From positions 1 to 64,000 of IMG/VR virus record IMGVR_UViG_3300042940_001100: a stretch of DNA of 64,000 bases; one strand, 5' to 3'. Both the position numbers and the translations under genes were made by a program. Below are positions 8,198 through 16,232 of this stretch, one piece after another. The first letter of the stretch is position 1, and each line of letters begins with the position of its first letter. This DNA is from a virus. The notes beneath the pieces were generated by a model. The model made no database searches, was not told the DNA's origin, and was given only the letters and a program-made list of their open reading frames with translations.

Positions 8198-8743
8198 ATG
8201 AAAAAATATACAGTAGAAGAGCTTAAAGCTCAATTCCAAAAACACAATTATGAGTGGCTTCCATTTCACTTTGTAGGCATTAGATCTACAGCTAACTTAC
8301 CTAACCAGTTTGATGACTTGTTTGGTATGGTATATGGTGATAAAGTAGAATGGTTTACATGCACTACTAACCCAGGTACACACTGGTTAAAGAACTTGCT
8401 TAATCCAAAAGGTACTGCATTACTTAAAGCTAACCAGTATAAAGATACTTGGTCTATAGGTATGCACCAAGGAAAGTACAAAGCTTTTTGCCAAGTTAAA
8501 CCGGTAGAAGTATTCCGTGACAAAAACTTAGATGACAAAGCAGAAGAAACAGCTACTATAGACAAAGGCTTGTTTGGTATAAACATCCACAGAGCTAATG
8601 AGAAGTTTACTTCTAAGCTTATAGACAAGTGGTCAGCCGGTTGTCAAGTACTTAACAATCCAGCAGACTTTGCTAAAATATTGTTTGCTGCTGAGTCTAG
8701 TAAGCAAAAGTTTTTTACATACACTTTATTAAAAGAATTCTAA
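8198..8743 (+). CDS. putative endolysin with YkuD/L,D-transpeptidase-like catalytic motif
   Basis: GINIHRA...WSAGC resembles the YkuD H-x(n)-S-x-G-C motif; it heads a cluster of membrane-protein genes. Confidence 0.6.
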   Translation: MKKYTVEELKAQFQKHNYEWLPFHFVGIRSTANLPNQFDDLFGMVYGDKVEWFTCTTNPGTHWLKNLLNPKGTALLKANQYKDTWSIGMHQGKYKAFCQVKPVEVFRDKNLDDKAEETATIDKGLFGINIHRANEKFTSKLIDKWSAGCQVLNNPADFAKILFAAESSKQKFFTYTLLKEF

Positions 8744-8744
8744 T

Positions 8745-9026
8745 ATGAAACTACCTATATCTTTCAAAGACTTTTCTAAAGACCCAGTTAAAGGTCTTTT
8801 ATTCATAGTATTATTAGCAGTAGGCTACCTTTACTATGACAACAAAGCTAGCTACCAAGCTCAAACAAAAGAGTACAAAGCTCAGTATACTGACTGTGGT
8901 GTTAAAGTAGAAGCTCTAGAAAAAAAGCTTGATCAGAAAACAGAAAGACTTAGAAGAGCTGATAGTGTTATGGCTATTTCAGTAGCTAGATTAGAAGTGT
9001 TAAATGAAATAAATCAGATAAAATGA
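8745..9026 (+). CDS. membrane-anchored coiled-coil protein (i-spanin-like)
   Basis: One TM segment (GLLFIVLLAVGYLYY) followed by a coiled coil; lysis context. Confidence 0.5.
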   Translation: MKLPISFKDFSKDPVKGLLFIVLLAVGYLYYDNKASYQAQTKEYKAQYTDCGVKVEALEKKLDQKTERLRRADSVMAISVARLEVLNEINQIK

Positions 9027-9385
9027 AAAAGTTAATAATCATCAGTTTGGTCATACTCTCTTCTTGTCAAGATAATTCTGCTCCAAAAGTAGAAGAAGCT
9101 TTTGTAATGGATACAGTTGTTTTACTTGACACAACTAGAATAGACTCAATTTCAGAAAAAATCTCTACTCTTTTAATAAGCACAGAACATGTTGAGAAAA
9201 AAGTAACAGAGATTAAAGCAATGAAGAAAGAAAACACAAGTCTTAAAAAAGAACTTGTAGAAACTAAGGCTGAGCTTGAAGAAGTTAAAGCTGTATTAGC
9301 AGATACAACTAGTGAAGTAAAAAAGAAAAAAAGAACATTTTTACAAAAAGTAATATCAACAATTAAAAAAGACACAGCACAATGA
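9023..9385 (+). CDS. lipoprotein with coiled coil (o-spanin-like)
   Basis: MKKLIIISLVILSS-C signal peptide and lipobox. Confidence 0.55.
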   Translation: MKKLIIISLVILSSCQDNSAPKVEEAFVMDTVVLLDTTRIDSISEKISTLLISTEHVEKKVTEIKAMKKENTSLKKELVETKAELEEVKAVLADTTSEVKKKKRTFLQKVISTIKKDTAQ

Positions 9386-9636
9386 AAAAGTTTTGGACAA
9401 TGTTTGATGACAACAACAGCATCAATGAAAAAGCAGTAGTAGGCTTTATAGCCTTTATAGTAATGATCCTTTTTGCCTTTGTAGATATAGGCACAGGAAT
9501 AGTTAATAGACCTTTACTGGTTAATGAGTTTATCTTCAACTCATTCCAAGTTATAACAATAGCTTGTTTTGGTATAGCCTCTGTAGATAAGTGGATTAAT
9601 AAAAAGCACAATACAGAAGAAAGTGGGAACAATTAA
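9382..9636 (+). CDS. small two-TM protein (holin/antiholin candidate)
   Basis: Two hydrophobic segments in 84 aa; lysis context. Confidence 0.5.
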   Translation: MKKFWTMFDDNNSINEKAVVGFIAFIVMILFAFVDIGTGIVNRPLLVNEFIFNSFQVITIACFGIASVDKWINKKHNTEESGNN

Positions 9637-9997
9637 GCAACACTTATTAGCATTACTAGGATCACTTGTAGTTTATTTTCAACCAGTTTATAGTATACTA
9701 TTATTAGTAGGATTCTTTGTTACTATGGATACCATAGCTGCAATGACTGCTGCTTATAAACAAGGTGAGCCTATAACATCAAGAAAATTCAGAACTATAT
9801 TTCCTAAGTTTATAATATATGGTGTAGCTGTACTAGTATCACATGTTATACAAAGACAGTTTTTTCCAGACGTTCCTGCCACCAAGATTATAGCTGGCTA
9901 TATTGTTTATAGTGAGTTACTTAGTATAGATGAAAATATAGAAAAAATAACTGGACAAAGTATGTTCAGGCTCTTTATTAAAATGCTTAAGAAGTAA
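9623..9997 (+). CDS. phage holin (holin_4/TcdE-like)
   Basis: TM segments with D-T, SRKFR..KFIIY and ELLSIDEN motifs; GTG start. Confidence 0.7.
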   Translation: MGTIKQHLLALLGSLVVYFQPVYSILLLVGFFVTMDTIAAMTAAYKQGEPITSRKFRTIFPKFIIYGVAVLVSHVIQRQFFPDVPATKIIAGYIVYSELLSIDENIEKITGQSMFRLFIKMLKK

Positions 9998-10524
9998 TGA
10001 CAGAAAAAAAATATTCTTTTGACTGGATTAAGGTAAGCCTTATAGCTGCTGTTGTTATAATGTTTGGATTACTAACCAGGCAGTGTGATGATACTAAAGC
10101 TGTAGAAACTGATCATCTTAAAGACAGTCTAAAAACAACTATAAGAAATCAAAATAGAATAGCCGATAGCTTAAAGCTTGTAGCTAATAGTAATGACTCT
10201 GTAAGACTAGAGTACATAACTAAGTGGAGAACTAAGATTAAAACTATAATCCAACATGACTCTATTCCTTGTGATAGCATTCTACCTATGGTTGTAAGCA
10301 CATGTGATTCAATCATTTCAAAAGATAGTATTTATATTAAAGATCTTAGAGACATTATTTATACAGATAGCATAATCATGGATAGTCAAGCTCAGGTAAT
10401 GGTCTTAGATTCTATAAAGATTGCTAAGCTAGAGAAAGATGTAACAAAATTAAAGAAACATAGAAAATGGCTGTTTGGTTCAACAGCTGCACTCACAGGC
10501 ATTCTGATATTATCTAGAAGATAG
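9997..10524 (+). CDS. membrane protein with coiled coil (spanin-like)
   Basis: N-terminal TM segment, coiled coil with DS repeats, C-terminal hydrophobic segment. Confidence 0.45.
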   Translation: MTEKKYSFDWIKVSLIAAVVIMFGLLTRQCDDTKAVETDHLKDSLKTTIRNQNRIADSLKLVANSNDSVRLEYITKWRTKIKTIIQHDSIPCDSILPMVVSTCDSIISKDSIYIKDLRDIIYTDSIIMDSQAQVMVLDSIKIAKLEKDVTKLKKHRKWLFGSTAALTGILILSRR

Positions 10525-10547
10525 GAGTTAAACTTTTAAAGTATAAA

Positions 10548-10579
10548 TTTGGTAAGTTTAAACTTTAATAGTATATTTG
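10548..10579 (+). promoter_or_regulatory. Bacteroidota -33/-7 promoter
   Basis: TTTG (10548-10551), 20-nt spacer, TATATTTG (10572-10579). Confidence 0.7.
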
Positions 10580-10600
10580 TTTAAATTTAAAACATATACT

Positions 10601-10867
10601 ATGGCAAAAGAAACCAACACTGAGCCTCAAGCTGAAAAACTAACATCAGAACAGCTAGAAGCTAACCGCATCAAAGCATTAAACTTTTACAAATTACAAA
10701 CTGAATTACTCACTGCACAAGCTGAGTATGAAAAACTAATGGCTGACATTGAGCAATCTCGCGCCAAGAGGATGGAGATGATTATACGTCAAGCACAGAT
10801 GGCAAACCCGCCAGAACAACCTGAAGAACCTGAAGAAACTAAAGAAAGAAAACTAAAGAAATCATAA
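10601..10867 (+). CDS. hypothetical coiled-coil protein (start revised to MAKETN)
   Basis: ATG downstream of the promoter; heptad pattern. Confidence 0.7.
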   Translation: MAKETNTEPQAEKLTSEQLEANRIKALNFYKLQTELLTAQAEYEKLMADIEQSRAKRMEMIIRQAQMANPPEQPEEPEETKERKLKKS

Positions 10868-10885
10868 TAGTCAAAACAAACCAAC

Positions 10886-11299
10886 ATGGCTAAGTTTAAT
10901 GTAGTAGAAAAAAAAATAAGCATGTCTTTGGATGATATTATTAAATTCCAAATTATGCTATACTGCTATACTCATAAGATTGTAATCAGTGAAGCTGACT
11001 TAACTTGTCTAACATTGCTCGGCCTTAATAAAAAGGCTGAGCTTTCAGACTTTTGTAATGCTTCTTGTGCAGCGGATCAGAGAGATAGAGACACAGAATT
11101 ACCTTACCAAAAGGCTATATTCAAAACTCCACAAACTGTAAGAAACTGTATTGCTAAGATGCGTAACTTTAATCTTATAAATAAGGATACATTAAGTCAT
11201 AGTAAAATGATTGAATTAAATCCTGAACTGAGTATTCAAGGAGAAGGTAATATATTGTTAAACTTTAAAATGTATCATATTGGTACCCAAGAAAGCTAA
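10886..11299 (+). CDS. putative winged-HTH DNA-binding protein
   Basis: FKTPQTVRNCIAKMRNFNLI...IELNP resembles a wHTH recognition helix and wing. Confidence 0.5.
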   Translation: MAKFNVVEKKISMSLDDIIKFQIMLYCYTHKIVISEADLTCLTLLGLNKKAELSDFCNASCAADQRDRDTELPYQKAIFKTPQTVRNCIAKMRNFNLINKDTLSHSKMIELNPELSIQGEGNILLNFKMYHIGTQES

Positions 11300-11723
11300 G
11301 GATTTTAAAAAACCTACAGCTGAAGACTTAGGTTTACCGGAGAATCTAGTAAATGATGTAATTGATTTTTACTGGGCTAAGGTTAGAAAACATATATCAG
11401 CTTTAGATTATGATAACATAAGCATTCCTAATCTAGGAGTTTTTAAAGTTAAGCATTGGAAAATAGATGAAACAGTAGAGAAGTACAAACTTCATATAAG
11501 CAGAATGGAAGGCAAGTTTACAGAGCATATAGTAAAAAGAGATTTAGAAGAAAGAATAGCTAAACTTCATCTGGTTAAAAAATCAGTAGAAGAAACTGAA
11601 TTAAAATTTAAAGAAATAAGAGATGCTAGAAATAATAAAAACAATATGGAAGAACAAAGCCCTGATATGGGAGGGCTTTCTAAACAGTCTGATCAAGAAG
11701 GAACCTGTAGAGAAGATTCATAA
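11280..11723 (+). CDS. IHF/HU-like DNA-binding protein
   Basis: AEDLGLPENLVNDVIDFY...NISIPNLGVFKV matches the HU/IHF helix and strand pattern; such genes are typical of crAss-like structural modules. Confidence 0.6.
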   Translation: MVPKKAKDFKKPTAEDLGLPENLVNDVIDFYWAKVRKHISALDYDNISIPNLGVFKVKHWKIDETVEKYKLHISRMEGKFTEHIVKRDLEERIAKLHLVKKSVEETELKFKEIRDARNNKNNMEEQSPDMGGLSKQSDQEGTCREDS

Positions 11724-11904
11724 TAAAAGAATGAAGATCTGCAGTACTTGCCCAGAACTAGATCCACAAGGATCAAAATGTGTAATCACTGGTACTCAAC
11801 CTTGTTGTGGTATTTGTGGTTGTAGCTTAGCTATGAAATTAAGATCTATGGATTCTGAATGTCCACATCCTGATGGTCCTAAATGGAAAGCTGTAGAACT
11901 ATGA
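11623..11904 (+). CDS. Cys-rich Zn-finger-like protein
   Basis: RMKICSTC...C...CCGICGC...K...CP...KW. Confidence 0.6.
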   Translation: MLEIIKTIWKNKALIWEGFLNSLIKKEPVEKIHNKRMKICSTCPELDPQGSKCVITGTQPCCGICGCSLAMKLRSMDSECPHPDGPKWKAVEL

Positions 11905-11938
11905 GTAATAAACAGAAAGAAGCAAAAGAATATCACAA

Positions 11939-12136
11939 ATGAACACACAGTATACTCTAAAAGATCCTGTAATAAAGGATGTAAGACAGTTTGCAGAAAA
12001 CTTCAGACATCATCTTATTTTAGATAATAAAATAGAGCTAGACGAATTTGAAGGATTAAATAAACTTATAGCATCTGAAGATGCTGAGAGTATTAACTTA
12101 GCAATAATTATGATGGAGCAAAAGAGTAACAAATGA
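11939..12136 (+). CDS. hypothetical protein
   Basis: 65 aa (an in-frame extension upstream is possible); C-terminal motif shared with the next gene. Confidence 0.6.
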   Translation: MNTQYTLKDPVIKDVRQFAENFRHHLILDNKIELDEFEGLNKLIASEDAESINLAIIMMEQKSNK

Positions 12137-12450
12137 ATATGAACACCTGGATAGCTGAAAGAGAAAAACAACATCTAGCTCAAATAGCTATTGAGACGGA
12201 GCGTCAGCTTATGTGGGGTGATAACTCTTACAAAAGAAATGCGCTTAGGCTAGATCTTGCTGATTTATATAAACAAGGCAAAGTAGATTTAGCAGAGCAA
12301 AAAAGAATTATGGATATGATAGATTCTCCAGCAGGAGAAGATCTAACCTTTGCAGAGATCCTTATAGAAACAATATCAACTCAAAAATCAATTCAACATG
12401 TCAGTAACATTTACAGCGGGAAATCACAAATATCAGAGCTTAGATCCTAA
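12133..12450 (+). CDS. hypothetical protein
   Basis: 105 aa, overlap-coupled to the previous gene. Confidence 0.6.
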   Translation: MNMNTWIAEREKQHLAQIAIETERQLMWGDNSYKRNALRLDLADLYKQGKVDLAEQKRIMDMIDSPAGEDLTFAEILIETISTQKSIQHVSNIYSGKSQISELRS

Positions 12451-13216
12451 TGAAAGGATAGACTGGGTAAGCGTAACTAGTTTTGTAGGACAGTTCAAGC
12501 AAAAGTTTGATCCTGTTGCCCAATCTATTAAGTCATCTAAAAATAAAAATTCTAAGTGGTTTGGTATAGATCCTAAAAAGATTCAAGAGATCTGGTCAGG
12601 TGAAGGTGATCGTGCAGTAACAGCCGGTTCATGGTATCATGATGAGAGAGAAGCAGACATTACAAGCATTGATACTATTCAGAGATCGGGTGTAGCTGTT
12701 GCTATTATTAAACCAATTTGGGAAGGTGGAATTAAATATGCACCTAACCAAAGATTGACAGAAGGGATTTATCCTGAACATTTTGTATATTTGAAGTCAG
12801 CAGGTGTGTGTGGACAATCAGATAGAGTTGAGGTAGTAAAAGGTGTAGTAGATGTTATTGATTACAAAACTAATAAAGAAATCAAAAAAAATAGTTTTGT
12901 AAACTGGGAGGGTAAGTCTCAGAAGATGACTGGGCCTTTATCTCATTTAGATGATTGTAACTTTAACCATTATGCTTTACAATTAAGTACCTATATGTAT
13001 ATTATTCTTAAACATAATCCTCAGTATAAAGTTGGAAAGCAAATGCTTCATCATGTTATATTTGAGAAGGATGGTGAGGATGAGTTTGGTTACCCTATTG
13101 TAAAAAAAGATACTTCCGGAAATCCTATTGTGAAGACTGTAGTTCCTTATGAGGTGCCTTATTTGAAATCAGAAGTAATAGCTATGATTGATCATCTTAA
13201 AAATAACCCAAAATGA
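12398..13216 (+). CDS. PD-(D/E)XK family exonuclease
   Basis: SVT...GSWYH...E...GQSD...IDYKT...YALQLSTY motifs of RecB/lambda-exo-like nucleases. Confidence 0.8.
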   Translation: MSVTFTAGNHKYQSLDPNERIDWVSVTSFVGQFKQKFDPVAQSIKSSKNKNSKWFGIDPKKIQEIWSGEGDRAVTAGSWYHDEREADITSIDTIQRSGVAVAIIKPIWEGGIKYAPNQRLTEGIYPEHFVYLKSAGVCGQSDRVEVVKGVVDVIDYKTNKEIKKNSFVNWEGKSQKMTGPLSHLDDCNFNHYALQLSTYMYIILKHNPQYKVGKQMLHHVIFEKDGEDEFGYPIVKKDTSGNPIVKTVVPYEVPYLKSEVIAMIDHLKNNPK

Positions 13217-13347
13217 GAATACCTAAGATAACTTTTACAACCTTTCCTGGCCTATGTGTAGGAGTAGGTTTTCCATGGACTGATTATAGTGATATGTATA
13301 TTACTATACTGTTTGTAGGTATTCATATTAAATTTAGAAAAAGATGA
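13213..13347 (+). CDS. hypothetical 44 aa hydrophobic protein (not in track)
   Basis: ATGA overlap with the nuclease stop; MRIPKITFTTFPGLCVGVGFP... Confidence 0.45.
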   Translation: MRIPKITFTTFPGLCVGVGFPWTDYSDMYITILFVGIHIKFRKR

Positions 13348-13523
13348 CTATGAGTGAAGATGAATATCAACATAAGGCTTTCTTTGAAAAGAAAAAAGCT
13401 GTAACAATAAAGGGTGAAAATATAACAGTTACTTTTATACCTGATCCTTTATTTGATGAATCACAAGAAAAGAAACTCTTCTGTGAAGAGATTAAAACCA
13501 ACAAAGATGATAAAGCTATTTGA
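13344..13523 (+). CDS. hypothetical 59 aa protein (not in track)
   Basis: ATGA overlap; MTMSEDEYQHKAFFEKK... Confidence 0.45.
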   Translation: MTMSEDEYQHKAFFEKKKAVTIKGENITVTFIPDPLFDESQEKKLFCEEIKTNKDDKAI

Positions 13524-14022
13524 TTTACAAAATGGGAAGATTATTCCTACAGAACATTGTTACACTTTAGGATTTCTTAAAGACATTATGGATGCGCATC
13601 CTGCACAACATCTAAGCATATACGCGTATCTCTTTTACATGACCTGTCCTAATCCTGAAATTAATCCATACTTTAATATGCCTATTGATGAGAAGGAGTA
13701 TATTATCTTGCAAGATATTCGCGCAGAATTTAGTCCTGAGGAAGATATGATAATTACAGCATTAGGTAAGTGCACATTGATGTATGAAACCCCTACTGTT
13801 AGAGCCTTCAGAGGTATCAGTGCTATGCTAGATAGATTAGCAAGTTACATGGAGAAGACTCCTGTATCTCATGGACGGGATGGAAACATCAACTCCCTGG
13901 TGAGTGCTGCTAAGAACTTTGATGGAATCCGTAACTCATTTAAAGGAGCTTATAAAGATCTTCAAGAAGAACAACAAACAAGAACTCGCGGTGGTGGAGA
14001 ACTAGCTTATGATCAGAAATAA
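13507..14022 (+). CDS. conserved protein upstream of TerL, candidate terminase small subunit (start revised to MIKLFD)
   Basis: TAATG overlap with TerL, helical, AAACCAAC leader; function inferred from position. Confidence 0.5.
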   Translation: MIKLFDLQNGKIIPTEHCYTLGFLKDIMDAHPAQHLSIYAYLFYMTCPNPEINPYFNMPIDEKEYIILQDIRAEFSPEEDMIITALGKCTLMYETPTVRAFRGISAMLDRLASYMEKTPVSHGRDGNINSLVSAAKNFDGIRNSFKGAYKDLQEEQQTRTRGGGELAYDQK

Positions 14023-16226
14023 TGGATAAATTTTTCTATACAGATATACCCACTTGGGATAATGGTGTTTGGACTACTACCAGTTTTGATACTAGAGAAG
14101 AATTTAGAGATCTAGTTTTATCTGTATTTAAAGAACCAGGTAAATATGATTTTGATGAAACATCTTTCATATTTAATGAAGAAGCTGCTAAGTATAACGC
14201 GCAAGGATTTTATACACCAGCTCCTGTAAGAAGTAAAGATTATATTACTTATTGGGATGAGATGAATGCGCGATGTAGAAAAGGTGTGATCTTTAAGAAT
14301 AAGAAGAAGACCTGGTACCTCACGCGTGAGTACTATATGTGGATAAACTTCCTACCTATCAACAACAAAGAAATAAGAAAGTTTGCTTTCCCTGATATAC
14401 GCGATGCTCAATATCACTTAGCTCTTTATGAGATCTTAGCTGAATTGTTTTATAAGCATGCTGCTATTCTTAAGAAACGGCAGATAGCCTCTTCGTATTT
14501 TCATGCAGCTAAACTGATTAACCAGATCTGGTTTGAACAAACTCCTATTCTAAAAATGGGAGCAAGTCTTAAAGCTTATGTACAAGATACTTGGAGATTT
14601 TTAGCAGAGTATAGAAACTTCTTAGATGAGAATACAGCTTGGTACCGGCCTATGAATCCAGGTAAGGTTCTTGACTGGCAACAACAAATTGAAACAACTA
14701 TTCCAGGAACTACAAGAAAAACCTTAAGAGGTTTAAAAGGTGTTATTAAAGGAACATCCTTTGAGCAAGATCCAACAGCCGGTGTAGGTGGACCCTGTAC
14801 TTATTTCTTTCATGAAGAAGCCGGGATTGCTCCGGACATGATGTTTACTTATGGATACATGAAGCCTGCTTTGAAATCAGGTATGATTACAACTGGTACT
14901 TTTATAGCAGCTGGATCCGTGGGTGACTTAGAACAGTGTGAGCCTTTAAGAAAAATGATTCAGACTCCTGAGGCTAATGAGATATTTTATGTTAACTCTA
15001 ATCTTCTAGATGAGAGAGGGACGGTAGGAAGAACTGGTTTATTTATTCCAGAGCAGTGGTCAATGCCACCTTGTGTAGATAAGTTTGGTAACTCTGAAGT
15101 AGAAAAGGCTCTTGTAATGCTTGATGAATATTTTGCTAAAATTAAAAAAGATTTAGCACCTGAGGATTATCAATTAGAAGTATCTCAGCATCCGCGCAAT
15201 ATTGAAGAGGCCTTTGCAACAAGAAGTGTATCCTTATTTCCTAGTCATTTAGTTGCTGCTCAGAAGAGAAGAATTGAAGATAAAGAATACCATACAGAAT
15301 TTATAGATTTATCTAGGAATGCGCAAGGTGTATGGGTTATAGAAAAAAGTAAAAAGCTTCCTGTATCAAAGTTTCCAGTAGAGAAGAATGCTGAAGATAA
15401 AAGTGGTGTAATTGTAATGTATGAAAAACCAGATTTAAAGGCTGAGTGGGGTACATACTATGCATCTATAGATCCCGTGTCACAAGGTAAAACTACAACA
15501 TCAGAATCCTTATGCTCTATCTTTATTTATAAGATTCCTATTGAAGTAACTAGACAAGATGGTGTAGATGTATCTACATACATAGAACAAGATAAAATTG
15601 TAGCCAGCTGGTGTGGAAGATTTGATGATATCAATGAGACTCATAAAAGATTAGAGAACATGATTGAATGGTATAATGCCTGGACCCTTGTTGAGAGCAA
15701 CGTCCCCGGCTTTATAACTCACATGATCAAGCAAAAAAAACAAAAGTATTTAGTTCCCAAGAGTCAGATTACTTTCAGAAAAGACATTGATAATGTTCAA
15801 ACTTATCACCAGGAGTATGGATGGAGAAATACTGGAACAATATTCCGGGCCCACATCTTACCTTACCTAATAGACTTTTGTAAAGAAGTTTTAGAAGAAG
15901 TAACCACAGATGAAGGTAAGGTAGTTAAAGTAGTTTATGGTATTGAGAGAATTCCTGATAAGATGGTTATGGTTGAGATGCAACAATACAGGGAAGGACT
16001 CAATGTAGATAGATTAATTGCACTAGGAGCTCTCATAGCTTTTGCAAAAGTTCAAGAAGCAAATAGAGGTATCAAAAAGAGATTAGATACTACTGATAAA
16101 AAAGACTTGTCCAAATCAGAAAATTTATATAAATTTACTAACAATCCCTTCAGGCATATTGGAGGGGGTAGTAAAGTTATGAATGATGCTAAACCAGTCA
16201 GAAATCCTTTTAAAAATATAAGATAA
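14022..16226 (+). CDS. terL: terminase large subunit
   Basis: Walker A-like LKKRQIASS, Walker B FFHEEAG, nuclease motifs YYASIDPVS, ESN and NVDRL; precedes the portal gene. Confidence 0.9.
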   Translation: MDKFFYTDIPTWDNGVWTTTSFDTREEFRDLVLSVFKEPGKYDFDETSFIFNEEAAKYNAQGFYTPAPVRSKDYITYWDEMNARCRKGVIFKNKKKTWYLTREYYMWINFLPINNKEIRKFAFPDIRDAQYHLALYEILAELFYKHAAILKKRQIASSYFHAAKLINQIWFEQTPILKMGASLKAYVQDTWRFLAEYRNFLDENTAWYRPMNPGKVLDWQQQIETTIPGTTRKTLRGLKGVIKGTSFEQDPTAGVGGPCTYFFHEEAGIAPDMMFTYGYMKPALKSGMITTGTFIAAGSVGDLEQCEPLRKMIQTPEANEIFYVNSNLLDERGTVGRTGLFIPEQWSMPPCVDKFGNSEVEKALVMLDEYFAKIKKDLAPEDYQLEVSQHPRNIEEAFATRSVSLFPSHLVAAQKRRIEDKEYHTEFIDLSRNAQGVWVIEKSKKLPVSKFPVEKNAEDKSGVIVMYEKPDLKAEWGTYYASIDPVSQGKTTTSESLCSIFIYKIPIEVTRQDGVDVSTYIEQDKIVASWCGRFDDINETHKRLENMIEWYNAWTLVESNVPGFITHMIKQKKQKYLVPKSQITFRKDIDNVQTYHQEYGWRNTGTIFRAHILPYLIDFCKEVLEEVTTDEGKVVKVVYGIERIPDKMVMVEMQQYREGLNVDRLIALGALIAFAKVQEANRGIKKRLDTTDKKDLSKSENLYKFTNNPFRHIGGGSKVMNDAKPVRNPFKNIR

Positions 16227-16232
16227 TATACC

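Noticed and set aside
12398-13216. Cas4
   Set aside because: It has the PD-(D/E)XK core but lacks the four-Cys Fe-S cluster pattern, and there is no CRISPR context
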